Source: Camelus dromedarius (lineage: Eukaryota). From it: a stretch of DNA of 64,000 bases. Below are positions 51,960 to 64,000 of this stretch, one piece after another. The stretch's first letter is position 1. Each line of letters begins with the position of its first letter. Under the pieces are notes generated by a model, which had not been told where the DNA came from, made no database searches, and worked only from the letters and a program-made list of their open reading frames with translations. The stretch is from positions 110,114,001 to 110,178,000 of the forward strand of contig NC_087436.1 in NCBI RefSeq assembly GCF_036321535.1, in the 5' to 3' direction. A program made the translations under genes and the position numbers.

Positions 51960-52560
51960 TAAAATTGACAAGAATGTCACTTTGCGTCCCACACACTATT
52001 CTGACCTAATTTCTTTCACCCGTCTCCATTTTCTGTCAACAAATTCTTAGCGACAACGTGCACACACAGATGAAGGCTGCTCTGTGTGAGACAGGCCAGA
52101 ACAATGTGTAGGAGCCGTAGCGGCAGCACATTAATGATTCCTGACAGGGGTACCCTTCCATTCGTCCTCAAAATATGGGCCTTGGGGAGGTAAATTCACC
52201 AAAAAGCCTGTAAAAATAGGGGGTGGGTGGAACCAAAAATAAATAAATAAACCGATGGATAATCTAAGTGGGTTGAAACCCTTCTCCAAAGCAGAGGAGG
52301 GACTTGTATCCATCACACAGTGACATTATAAATCTGTATGCTTTGCAAGGCAATGGCATGAAAAATTAGACTGAACAAGCCACAGATGCACAATTTGTCA
52401 GCCTCAAAGGAAAGGTTAATGCAAGTTAAATATTGACATGTCAGCAATAAGGATTACGCCAATTATAAATTGACACCAACACTGGCAGCTCTTTAATGAC
52501 TGTGTGACACTGACAGGTCAGCATCGGATGGAAGAATGACAGCAGAAGAGAACATCATAG
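51960..52560. promoter_or_regulatory. Candidate enhancer (TGACA/TAAT motif cluster)
   Basis: 12 TGACA/TGTCA in about 580 bp of repeat-free sequence. Function is inferred only. Confidence 0.4.
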
Positions 52561-52624
52561 AAATTAGCACACTTAGGCTTTTTTAACATCTCAGCTTTTT
52601 TTTTCCCTCCATTTTATCCTTATT

Positions 52625-53112
52625 TATACATAGAAAGAGATTTATTATAATGAATTGGCTCACGTGATTACGGAGGCTGACAAGTCTCAAGATTGACAGG
52701 GTGAGTCCGCAAGCTGGAGACCCAGGAGAGATGATGGTGTGGTTTCAGTGTGAGTCCAAAGGGCTGAGAACCACAGGAGAGTGGATGGTGTGGTTCTCGT
52801 CCAAAGGCTGACAGCCTAGAGGCCCAGGAACAGCTGATGTTTTAGTTAGAGCCCAAAGGCAAGAAAAATTTTAAAAATTGCTGGTGTCACATTTCCAAGG
52901 CAGCCAAGCAGAGGGTCAGGCTTTCTGTCTTATCCAGGCCTTCAGCTGATTGGATGAGGCTCTCTCTCATGGGGGACAGCAATCTATTTCACTCAGTCTA
53001 CTTATTTAAATGTTAATCTCATCCAAAAATAGAGATACCTAGAATAACATTTGACTAACTATCTGGGCACCTGGTGCTCCAGTAAAATTGGCAAATAAAA
53101 TTAACCATTGCA
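52625..53112 (-). mobile_element. ERVL LTR (MLT2B-like)
   Basis: gagatttattataatgaattggctcacgtgattacggaggctgacaagtc...aggccttcagctgattggatgagg...ataaaattaaccattgca. Confidence 0.9.
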
Positions 53113-53139
53113 GCGCTCATCTGAACTCTTGTGTGAGTA

Positions 53140-53380
53140 AATATTAGCATCTAACAATTAGTGAACACTCCTTATGTATTGGGCACTGTGCTCAATGCTT
53201 TGCATTTAAGCTCCTATGAAGGATAACGCAGTCTTATGAAGCTACTTACATTTGTGTTGGTTCCACTTGCCAGGTGAGAGGTTAAGTAATTTGCCCAAAG
53301 TAGCAGGGCTGGTAAGTGAGGGAGTCTAGACTGGAAACCTGAATTGGAACCTGAACTCATGGTACTAACCACTGTTCTCT
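53140..53380 (-). mobile_element. MIR SINE
   Basis: gggcactgtgctcaatgctttgcat...gagaggttaagtaatttgcccaaag...ctggtaagtg. Confidence 0.75.
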
Positions 53381-54859
53381 ATTGGTGTTGAAGGAAGTTT
53401 TCACTAATGCATATTGAAGCCAACCTAGTGAGAAACGTCTATATAAGGCAGTAAGAGATAAAAATCTTCACTTCACCATCGTATTTTCTCTTCTGTACAT
53501 TCTTCCCATGGGCCACTTCAGGCACTATGTAAAATGTATCTATTGAAACGTAACAAAAATTCATCATTGCAGTTAGCCAGGAGGAAAAGGAAAATACCAA
53601 TGACCCAGCAAATAAAGGTTTTCTCTCCTGAAATTGAATTATAACTATTATTTGAAATGTCTATTTTATCAAATAAGAAACTAGATTGTTGAATTTTGAA
53701 CATTTTGACCCAATTTCAGCAATGGTACTTAACTCAAGTATACTTTTCTGTAAGACAACCATTGTACATGTCACACATGTATTGTTACCTTTCTTTCCAC
53801 TGAAGTTGACTGATTTGGGCAAAACCAATATATCTCTTTCAGAAAAGAAAATAGAAAATTTTGGAAAAAAATGATGGCCAATAAATATCTTCAAGGGGGG
53901 AGGTCTCGAGTGATTTTGAAAATTTTTAAATCACTGCAGCTTCTCAAGAATTCCAGGAAAATAATCTCTTGGTAAAGGATAGTTTTAATTTTCTAATTAT
54001 GTGAACCAACATAGACAACTGAGAGTGGCCTGGTTTTGACAGTCATCCACAGAAATACTGGAAGTATCCTTTATCACGTCATGAAACTTCTAAAAGGGGC
54101 TGTTGGGAATAATGTAAGCTTTGCATAAATACGAAGTTTCCATTGGGCATCATCATTCTTATTGGGTGCTATTTAATTTTTTTAATCTGCTGATTATAAC
54201 TCATATGAAGTTTTAACATAAAAAAAAGTAAACTAAAATTTTTAACAGCATTTTCAACTAACCTAGTATTATTTCGATTTACTGCTTCAAATTTTGTTTC
54301 TGCCTTTTAAAACACTATTATTCAGAGAACTTCTCATACCTAGAGAAACAAAAAAAAATGTATAGGTCTACGATTCCTATAAATTTGGTCAAAGCACTCA
54401 GTAAGGACTTTCCTAATGGTTGTGTTTGCAAAATAACTTTATCTGTGTATACTTTCCAAAAACCTTCACCTTGTAGCCAGGCCCCCACAAGGATGATTTT
54501 ATTGCTTGTTACTGTACAAAAGGGCTCTAAGTTGAACGTGTTGGTACTCAGTCATAAGTTGGAATTACAGAAAAGATAGATGAACTGAGAGAAAAAAAAC
54601 TGAATGAAACTCAGGAAGATATGGGCAAGAATGGGGAAGCCAGCTTCGCTTTATTGGTAAGGCTCAGCATTGGCAGTGGTGTAGGGCAAGACATAAGGCA
54701 TTAATATTATATCTAGCTCAGTTTTTGGCTACACTAGTGCCATTAAATCACATATAAAGGCCAAAGCATAAAGGCGGTTCTGGGAGGAGTGGAAAAATGT
54801 ATCCTGTGGAAAGAAGTTTGATGTTGTAATGACACAGCTGGCCATCCAACTCAGGAAAC

Positions 54860-55890
54860 AAAACATGAAAAATACCCAAGAACCTTGATTTTGGTTTCTT
54901 ATATTATTCTCCAAGAAAAGGAACCAGAGAAATGACGGACCCCAGGACTGGGTCAAGAATTACACAAAATTAATCTAGAGCATCTTGTGTTGCCAGAAAT
55001 TGAGGAAGTAATCAGGAAGGATGAGGCCATGTCAAATGGACACAGGAACCTACCTGGAAGAGCTTCAGCTGTCAAAAGCTAGAATAATTTGACCAAAAGA
55101 TACATAATGTACTATTAGGTTGTAATCCAAAATATTTCCATAAACCCATGCAGATGTAAATAAATGACTGATAAATAAATAAATGTGGGAGAATAGACAA
55201 ATCCTTCATATAGAAGAATTCCCAATAGTTCATGTAGTTAGTCTCCCTCAAGGAAGTAAACTTAAAACCCCCAACAGTTTGAATGTGGGTTGCACTGAGT
55301 GGCTTACTTCCAATGAATAATGTATGGCAAGTAGATAAAGTGGCTTTATAGTGAAGACATTCTACAAAGATTGCTTCAGGCAGCTAATCATGTTAGGTGT
55401 TAATAGTATGAACCCTTGATATGATATGATAAGAATGGCACTTCCCTCTGGTCTTCTCCTCAAAGCCCATAAACCCAGGCTAACTATGAGAAGAATATCA
55501 TGCAAATCCAAACTGAGGACATTCTACAGAATACTTGATTGGCACTCCTCAAAACTGTCAAAATCTTCAAAACAAGAGAAGGGTAAGAAGACATGACAAC
55601 TAAATGTAAAATGGGGAAAGGACTCTTAAAAAAAAAATACACACATTGGTGGGAAAATAGTGTAACCCTAATAAGCCGTATAGTTTAGTTAATAGTAACA
55701 TATTGTTGGTTCGTTAGTCTTGGCAAATGTACCACTGTGCAATGTTAACATGAAGTCTTAGCTGTAGAGAAAATTTAGTGAGGGTATATAGGAACTATCT
55801 GTACTTTGCTATGCTGTATTTTGTACTTTGTTCTAAATCTAAAATTACTTGAATTTGTTTTTAAAAGTTGACTTAAATTTTTTAAAAAGT
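54860..55890 (+). mobile_element. L1MC3/L1MD-like 3' UTR
   Basis: ccttgattttggtttct...aaaaggaaccag...ctagagcatcttgtgttgccagaaa...ggacattctacagaatacttga...ggaactatctgtac. Confidence 0.8.
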
Positions 55891-56044
55891 AGTACTCAGG
55901 CTTATAGAAGAAAGAAGTGGCATGAATCAAATACCAAGTTCCCAAGCAATCAGATTCAGGGTCAAATTTGGCCTCAGTGGTGAAAGAGAGGTAAGTGTAA
56001 GATTAAGTTTGATACCGTGACTCCAAACTAAGATAATACTCCTC

Positions 56045-56595
56045 AACTCTGTTCATTTATTAATTGATTAAACAAATTTATTGTTATGCCATACAACTTA
56101 AAAGATAACAAGATATGTACCTCACCTTCAAGGATCACGTAGTCAGTCTAACGGACAAGACACAGAAGAAAAAGAAATAATTAAATTACAGTGAGGGAAA
56201 TTTGATCTTACGTAAATGATAGTAATAATATTATTTATTATTCACTGGTCATCTTTGTGTAGCTATATGCATTGGGAGTTGGGGAAATTGGATATTTAAT
56301 AATAATGGGAAAGTCAGGAAAGGAGTGCAGAGAAAGTAATCATTGAGATTATTTTTTTCCATCATTATTGGAATTTGGAGAAGAAAGTCAGAGGTGGCCA
56401 TACATGACAGACAGAATGGCTCATGCAAAGACATAGTGAGAAGAATTTGGCATTTGGACTAGCAGCAAGTGACATGGATGGGTAGTGAAACTTACACCAG
56501 TGACAAAACACAGTATTAGGAAATTCTAGGAAGTCAGCAAGGTAATTGACTGTTATCAGAGAAGTATGAGAAAGACCAGTTGATCCTCTGCCATA
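56045..56595 (-). mobile_element. L2 fragment
   Basis: ttcatttattaattgattaaacaaatttattg...ctcaccttcaaggatcacgtagtcagt. Confidence 0.55.
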
Positions 56596-56602
56596 GAAAA
56601 GT

Positions 56603-57877
56603 TTTAGGCCCAATTTGTTCATTTTTGCTTTTAGTTCTTTTGCCCTGGGAGACTGATCTAAAGAAATATTGCCATGACTTATGCTGGAGAATGTTTTGCT
56701 GATGTTCTCTTCTTGGAGTTTTATGGTGTCATTTCTTTATTTAGGTCTTTAAACCATGTTGAGTTTATTTCTGTTTAGCTTTGCAAAAAACAACTCAGTT
56801 TTGTTAATGTTTTCTAATGTTTTTTGATCTCCATTTTATTTACTTCCTCGCTGATCTTCATTATTTCCTTCCTTCTGCTGAGTTTGGGTTTTATTTATTC
56901 TTCCTTTTTAATTCTTTTAGGTAATAGTTCAGGTTGTTTGACATTTTCCTTGTTTCTTGAGGAAGGCCTGTATCACTATGAATGTCCCTCTCAGAATTGC
57001 CTTTGCTGCAATTCATAGATTTTGGAAGGTTGTGTTTTCAGTGTTGTTTGTCTCAAGTTATTTTCTGTTTTCTTCTTTGATTTCATCATAGACCTAGATT
57101 TTTTTAGTAGCATACTGTTTAGTCTCCATGTGTTCCTTTTTTCCTCATTTTTCTTTCTGTGGTTCACTTCTAGATTCATATCTTTGTGGTAAGAAAAGAT
57201 GCTTGAAATAATTTCTATCCTCTTAAATTTGTTGAAGCTTGTTTTTTTAACCTATTATGTGGTCTATCCTAGAGAATGTTCTATGAATGCTTAAGAAGAC
57301 TATGTATTCTGATTTTTTTTGGAGGGGGGGATGTATTGTCAGGTAGGTATCAATTAAGTCCAACTGGTCTATTGTGTCATTTACGACCTCTGTTGCCCTA
57401 TTGATTTCCTGTCTGGAAGATCTGTCCTTTGCTGTCATTGGGGTGATACAATCTCCTACTATTATTGTACTCCTATCAATTTCTCCCTTTATGTCTGTTA
57501 GTATTTGTTTTATATATTTAAGGTGCTTTTATATCGGATGCATATAGATTAATGAGTGTAATATCCTCCTTGTATTGATCTATTTATCATTATACTGTTG
57601 TTTTTTGTCTTTCTTTATAGACTTTGTCTTAAGGTCTAACTTATCTGATATGAGTACTGCTATCCCCACTTTCTTGTTGTTTCAATGTGCATGAAATATC
57701 TTTTTCCATCCCTTCACTTTCAATCTGTGTATGTCTTTCACCCTAAAGTGAATCTCTTGTAGGCAGCAAATTGAGGTTTTTATTTTTTAATCCAGTCTGC
57801 CACTCTATATTTTTTGATTGGTACATTTAGTCTTGACTTTTAAAGAAATTATTGATACATATGTACTTATTGGAATT
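56603..57877 (-). mobile_element. Inverted 5' part of a cetartiodactyl L1 (ORF2 EN plus a late ORF2 piece, internally deleted)
   Basis: The ORF track gives DRSSRQEIN...DQLDLIDTY...TFSRIDHIIG and NTWRLNSMLLK (EN domain). 56603-56775 is late ORF2. Confidence 0.9.
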
Positions 57878-58516
57878 TTAAACCAAAAAGCTTTTCCACA
57901 GCAAATGAAATCATCAAAATAATGAAAAGAAAACCTACAGAATGGGAGAAAATATTTGCAAATGATGCAACCAGAAAGGGGTTAATATCCAAAATATACA
58001 AACAACTCATACAGTTAACTATTGAAAAAACTAGTAACTCAGTCAAAAAATGGTAAGAAGACCTAAACAGATATTTCTCTAAAGATATATGTTTATACAG
58101 ATAACCAACAGCCACATGAAAAGATGCTCAACATCACTAACTGTTAGAGAAGTGCATATCAAAACCACAATGAAGTATCACCTCATACCGGTCAGAACAA
58201 CTATCATCAAAAAGCCTACTAATAATAAATTCTGGAGAGGATATAGAGGAAGGAACCCCACTACACTGTTGATGAGAATGTAAATTGATGCAGCCAGTAT
58301 GGAAAACAATATGGAGTTTCCTTAAAAAGCTAAAAATAGATCAACCATAAGATCCAGCAATTCCACACTTGGGCATATATCCAAATAATACAAAAACTCT
58401 AATATTAAAAGATACATACACTCCAATGTTCATAGCAGCAATATTTACAATAGCCAAGGCATAAAATAACCCAAGTGCCCATCAACAGATTACTGACTTA
58501 AGCAAATGTGGTGTGT

Positions 58517-58550
<34 letters not shown>

Positions 58551-58985
58551 ACGGGAATATTATTCAGTCATAAAAAAGAAATATTGCCATTTGAAGCAAC
58601 ACGGATGGATCTAGAGAATATTATACTTAGTGAACTAGGTCAGACATAGAATGACAAATATTATATCACTTATATGTGGAATCTAAAAAATAATACAAAT
58701 GAATCTATATAGAACAGAAATAGACTCACAGACATAGAAAACAAACTTATGGTTACCAAAGGAGGATGGGAGAGGGGCAGGGTAAGTTAGAAGTATGGGA
58801 TTAACAGATACCAACTACTGTACATAAATTAGATAAGCAACAAGAATTTACTGTACAGCACAGGTAACTATACTCAATAACCTATAATGGAAAATAATCT
58901 GAAAAATAGCTATATAATTGAATCTTTTTGTTGTATACCTGAACCTAACATAATATTGTAAATTAACTATATTTCAATATAAAAG
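57878..58985 (+). mobile_element. Sense 3' part of the same L1 (ORF2 C-terminus, 3' UTR)
   Basis: HMKRCSTSL...[12 protein letters not shown]2 C-terminal peptide, then a 3' UTR ending aactatatttcaatataaaa. Contains (CA)n at 58517-58552. Confidence 0.92.
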
Positions 58986-59467
58986 AATATGTTTTAGGCA
59001 AATAGCTCCAGTCATTTGAGAAAGGAAGAGGGTTGAAGTATGATGAGCTCCGTTACCAATCAACTCAAATACATGAGAATAATAATTTTATATGACAAAA
59101 TATTTTTCTTATAACAAAATTACCCATATTTAAGAAAATATATTGATAGCCAGTGCTGGTAAGTGGAAGGGAAATGGATGCTCATCACAACTGTTATGAG
59201 AATAAATTGGTATGGTAGTGTGAATCTTAAAACCTGAAAGTTTAGCCAAGTAATTTTATTTCTAAGAATATTTTATCAAAAGGAAGTAATTGAGAAATGA
59301 TGTAAAATGCTATATATGAGAAAGAATGTTCATGTAGTATTAGTTATAATTTTTTTAGTTAAGAGAAAGAAAATTGGTGATAGCCCAAGCATATAAAATG
59401 TAATTTCTCAAGCAAAATACTTACAATTAAAAAATTTTGCAACTTTTAAAACTTACATTGAAGATTT

Positions 59468-59990
59468 TGTTATGGACTGAGTTATATCCACCACAAAATT
59501 CATAAGTTGAAAACCTAACCTCCAATGTGACTAAATTTGAAGGTAGGGCCTTTAGGGAAGTTATAATGCTTTTGTTTTTTTATAGAGGTATTGTCAGTTA
59601 CAGTATGTCAATTTCTGGTGTAGAGCATAATGTTCCAGTCATGCATATATATACATATATTTGTTTTCATATTAATTTTAGTAAAGATTATTGCAAGATA
59701 TTGAATATAGTTCCTTGTGCTATGCAGAAGAAGTCTGGTTTTTATCTATTTTTTATATAGTGGTCAACATTAATGAATCTTGAACTCCTAAATTTATCCC
59801 TTCCAATCCCCTTTTCCCCGATAACCATGATTGTTTACTATGTCTGGGAGTCTGTTTCTGTTTTGTAGATGATTCATTAGTGTAGTTAAGAGGCGCCGTA
59901 ATGGTGGAGCTGTAATCCCATAGATTTGGTAGTGTCCCTGCTGGAAGAGAAAGGAACACCTGATTCTCTCTCTCTCTCTTTCCAGTGTGT
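59468..59990 (+). mobile_element. MLT1A/B-like LTR fragment split by an L1
   Basis: tgttatggactgag...caaaattcataagttgaaaacctaacctccaatgtgact...gtagggcctttaggg, resuming at about 59885. Confidence 0.75.
59570..59884 (-). mobile_element. 5'-truncated camelid-like L1 3' UTR
   Basis: gtcagttacagtatgtcaatttctggtgtagagcataatgttccagtcatgcatat...gagtctgtttctgttttgtagatg. Confidence 0.85.
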
Positions 59991-60884
59991 GTGAGTGTGT
60001 GTGTGTGTATAAAAAACAATATATATATATACATAAAACAATAAATCACAGACAATCAACATATATTTACTTTTTGCCTAGAAGCTTGTGGGAAACAATA
60101 AATAGGAAAAAAGATTCAAATATGCCGAGTTCTGTTTAGCATTCAGTGGAATCCAAATCCACCAAATCTATACACATGATTTTGGATGTCGTATTCCGTT
60201 CCATTTAATTTCCATTTTAATTGGAAAAGGTTCACTGAAGAACAAAAAAAGATGATAAGCCATCACAGAAGTTATTAATTCTAGGAGTAAGGAAGATAAT
60301 GTTTGTATTTGCCAGAGAAGAGGCAATTAAATTGAGATTATGATTGAAGGGGATAAGAAGCAAGGCATACAAAATAGAGGCACTAAAATGTTCAATGGAA
60401 TCATAGCTGCAAGAGGGGCCTGTGGCATTGTGATGGGTTATGATAAAACTTTCCAGAAATATAATGATCTCTCATATAATTTGTTCCATATGATGATAAT
60501 GGTCACATTAATAAATGATGGTACAATAAAAAACATTGTGACATTAGACACATTGAGTAATATGTCATAAGCTCTAATCAGAAGATGCATGAAGAATAAT
60601 TAATCTGTGGCATTACAATAGTAGTGATATTAATAAAAATTATAATAGCTAAAATAAGAGTAATAATTATTAATATTCTTATAGTTTACCAAACTCCTAT
60701 ACTACATCACTTTATCACTTTGGTTTTGATACATATTTGTATTTTAAAGCTTTTTGAATTATAAATTAACATTTGAGAACATACTGCTAAGAGATATTTT
60801 GATTCTTTAAAAATTGTATCATGTTAAATATTCTGTTTAATGGCATAAATAGCTTATCCATGGGGGTGGATAGAAAGTGTACTC

Positions 60885-61300
60885 TTCTGGCTTTATCCAT
60901 TCTAACTGCCACAAAATATACTGTACATTTAAATGAAAAGGAAATTTATTGTCTCATGTTTCAGGGACGAGCAGAAGTGGATTACGGGCTCAATGATGTT
61001 ATCAGAACTGAGTTTCTTTATCTCTATTTGACTTTCTTCTCTGAAAGGCTCTTGCCACTTGGTAAGCATGCTGACTACCAAGAGCTTTTTATTCTCACAT
61101 TTTTGCAAACCCATTTGAAGGGGACCTTTCTCCTAATTTCAGCACACCAATAAGATTGGTCTTGTTGGGTTATGTACCCGTGCTAAATTTGATGTATAGG
61201 AACACTTCTCCAGCAGTCAGCCTGAATCATTCCCCTATCCTATCCAACAGGTAAGGACAGGATTCTGTCATCAATGGCCCACCTGGGACCACATGGAGTC
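60885..61300 (-). mobile_element. Old MaLR LTR (MLT1K/L-like)
   Basis: ttaaatgaaaaggaaatttattgtctcatg...gggctcaatgatgttatcagaact...gattggtcttgttgggttatgtaccc. Confidence 0.5.
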
Positions 61301-61737
61301 AGGGAAAATATCTTCCAATATCTTGAAGAAACACAAGCGTGGGGGACAGGACTGCCTGCAGAGCACACACACGCAAAATTTCAACTATATTCTGCTACTG
61401 GAGAAAAGGAGTAACTGGAAGGAAGTATGTGTTCTTTTTATCACACTTAAAAGTAGTGCTATTTTGTGTTATTTAACTCTAGCAGCTCTAATTAGTTTCT
61501 GTTTTATTCTTCTTGGATTTACAATGTCATAGCTTTTCAATGATATTACTCCTTCAGTTTATAAGCATATATATACCCCCACACACAAAAACACTCACCA
61601 TATAAAGTTTTCAGAATAAAAATGATGTCAGATTTCTCAACAGCAGCAACTAAAAGAGGAAAAATTAAACGTTTTGAAAATTCTGAGAGATAATAATTTC
61701 CAACCTATAAATCTATAACTAGCCAAACTATCAATCG

Positions 61738-61773
61738 TGTATGTGTGTATGTGTGTGTGTGTGTGTGTGTGTG
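61738..61773. repeat. (TG)n microsatellite
   Basis: Seen directly. Confidence 0.9.
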
Positions 61774-62260
61774 TATTAATGACACATTCATACAAGAACT
61801 CATTTTAGGGAGGCCATTAGAGGATATGCTTCTGCAAAATAAAAGTGAAAGGTATGAATAAACAAGAAACAGGATCTGGGAAACAGAAAATGCAATCCAG
61901 GAGAGAGGGAAGGAAAAATTCTGGAGGTAGTTATCTAAGACCTCTGATAAGGGCTATAAAGTTCAAGCAGTTGAAATGAAGCAGATTTTTTTAGAAAAGG
62001 AAAACTCCAGAAAATAATCCTAATAATAAAATAAACCAGTATGTTATTGAATGTCTTCAAACAGGAAAAAAATGTTACTTCTATTGGAAACTTTGGAAAT
62101 AAAAGTATGTGGGAAAAGTATTAACTATAAAAGTAAGACAATGTTGCACAATAATGGGAATGTAATTATAGTACACTATGTGGCTCAGATCTGACTAACA
62201 CTTCGGTCACTAAAATGAAAAAGCAAATTTTGATATGATGAATAATAATGTTATAAAATT

Positions 62261-62427
62261 CAGTGGTTTGCAAAATATGTACCAGACCACCAGTGTCAGG
62301 ATCACCTGAGAAATTGTTAGAAATGCAAATTATTGAGTTCCATGTCAGTAGCACTGAGTCAGAAACTCTGATCATGAAGCCTAGCGATCTGTTTCATTAG
62401 GCTCTTCAGCTGAATGCATGCTACTGC
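62261..62427. mobile_element. MER5A hAT-Charlie MITE
   Basis: cagtggttt...gatcacctgagaaattgttagaaatgcaaatt...ctgagtcagaaactctg. Confidence 0.85.
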
Positions 62428-62653
62428 TCTAATTGTATGAGAAGAGTATAAATGTAGGTCTTGGAGGAAAAGATTATGAAAGCTAAACACTCATTTTCCA
62501 GAGTAGAATATCAATGGAAAACAGAATAATTAGAGCAGTATTATAACATTCTTATGAAACATGAATATAAATACCAATGGAATAGGTAAATTCACTAAAA
62601 GCATTTTCCTTTGGAAACCAAAAATTAGGAATGGAAATTGTAGGACAGGGGAA

Positions 62654-63490
62654 TTTTTTTTTTTTAGTGTATTGAAGTATAATTCATTTAAAATATCATT
62701 TTTTCAGGTATACAACATAGTTACTCAAGATTTATAGATTATGCACCATAAAAAGGTATCATTAAATATTGACTGTGTTTCCTATGTTGTCCTTTACACC
62801 CCATAATTTATTTTATAACTGGTAGTTTTTACCTTTCTATCCCCTTCACTTACTTTTTACCTTCCCCTACTCATCTCCTCTCTGGTAACTACTACTTTAC
62901 TCTCTGTATCAGTGAGTCCATTCCTGTTTTGTTATGTTTGTTTATTTGTTTTATTTTTTAGATTCCACATATAAATGATAACGTATAGTATTTGTCTCCC
63001 TCTGTCTGACTTACTTTACTAAGCATAATACCTGGCAGGTCCATCTATACTGTTACAGATGGCAAGAATTCATCCTTATTTAAGGCTAAGTAATATTCCA
63101 TTGTATATATTTACCACTTCTTTATCCATTCATCTGTTGATGGACACTTAAGTTGCTTCCATATCTTGAATATTATAAATAATGCTACTATAAACACTGG
63201 AGCATATATATTAAAAAAAAAGCCAAACAGTGTTTCCATTTTTTCAGGTAAATACCCAAGAGTAGAATTGCTGGGTCATGCCACAGTTTCATTTTTAATT
63301 ATTTTAGGAATCATAAAAAATGGCTATACCAATTCCCACCAACAGTGTGTATTCTTTGTGGTAGAAGATCCTTTCTGCTAGTCCTCAGGTTGTTCTCAGA
63401 GAGAATTGTTTTACATGTAGCTGTAATTTTGGTGTGTTTGTGGGAGGATGTGAGCTCAGAATCTGCTCACTCTCATCTTGATCCTGTCCT
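62654..63490 (-). mobile_element. Internally deleted L1 (5' terminus fused to the last ~700 nt)
   Basis: 62654-63350 is antisense L1 3' region. The reverse complement of 63350-63490 reads ggatcaagatg...gagctcacatcctcccacaaacacaccaaaattacagctacatg, an L1 5' UTR start. Confidence 0.75.
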
Positions 63491-64000
63491 CTATTGTTTT
63501 TCTTTATGACACTTTTAGTGGTATTTGACTTTTTTAGCTATGTAAATGTAATTTAATAAAAACAAAAATTTAATTAGTAATTAATAAATACAAATTTACA
63601 AAAGTATAGGTTTTCAAGAAAAATAGAGACTATTTGTGCAAGTGAATAATATCCTCTTGCATAATAAACAAAATGGGCTTGCATCCATAACTGGTATCAG
63701 GCTTTGCATTATTTGCCTGGCCCTAGAAGCATTTGAGTTTGCTACTCATATATATATTTTCTGAAAATAGGGTGCCATAGCTGAAGACTAGACGACCATC
63801 TCAGAATAATTGTGTTAAAGCATTAAAGACCTTACTGAGGAACTTTAGAGACAATAAAGAAATAGTGTGATCAATGTTTAGAAGAAGGAACTACCAAGAT
63901 TAATGGCTGATTGCTATGAAGGAGAAGAAAATCAGAGTCAAATTTATATACATATGAAACTAGAGTTTAGGAACTGGAGGAATGACAACCTGGAGATCAA

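Larger units (their letters stand above)
61600..63590 (+). mobile_element. HAL1/ancient L1 ORF1-like element, interrupted by (TG)n, MER5A and a younger L1
   Basis: gtcagatttctcaacagcagca...gaaaattctgagagataataatttccaaccta...agccaaactatcaatc, and a 3' part ctattgtttttc...gtatttgactttttt. Confidence 0.65.

Noticed and set aside
53480..53900. Overlapping short ORFs and an imperfect palindrome near 53910-53934
   Set aside because: No recognisable protein or consistent splice signals, and the palindrome is short and AT-only.
56991..58283. ORFs with endonuclease and ORF2 C-terminal similarity
   Set aside because: Frameshifted L1 relics, not a host gene or an intact element.
61230..61256. Another AG|GTAAG junction (also AG|GTGAG at about 53272)
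   Set aside because: Both lie in old repeats (MLT1-like and MIR), which shows the motif arises by chance.
1..64000. Prokaryotic-type systems, RNA genes, CpG-island promoter
   Set aside because: The sequence is CpG-depleted mammalian DNA, and I saw no operons, CRISPR arrays, tRNA/rRNA or CpG island.

Overview
AT-rich eutherian genomic DNA with no recognisable protein-coding exon. It reads as a large intron or gene desert. Roughly half is interspersed repeat: L1, L2, MIR, MaLR/ERV LTRs and hAT DNA transposons. Repeat family names come from my recall of consensus sequences, not from a search, and boundaries are approximate unless a target-site duplication (TSD) is given. The younger L1 3' UTRs are of the cetartiodactyl type and I see no ruminant, pig or whale SINEs, so a camelid is my best guess (inference). 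The only ORFs with recognisable homology are decayed L1 ORF2 pieces. I found no convincing new biological system. The best leads are: (1) a candidate 12-nt frame-preserving microexon behind a T44 tract, with three downstream RBFOX-type GCATG motifs (25.5-25.8 kb); (2) an unidentified GC-rich polyadenylated retrocopy-like insert in an L2 (46.0-46.2 kb); (3) a dense TGACA (TALE homeodomain) cluster resembling an enhancer (52.0-52.5 kb); (4) a ~38-bp locally templated insertion with a 9-bp flanking duplication (47.75/48.70 kb); (5) unusual L1 structures, namely three 5'-inverted copies, one copy with the 5' end fused to the 3' end, and one tail-less ORF2 fragment.
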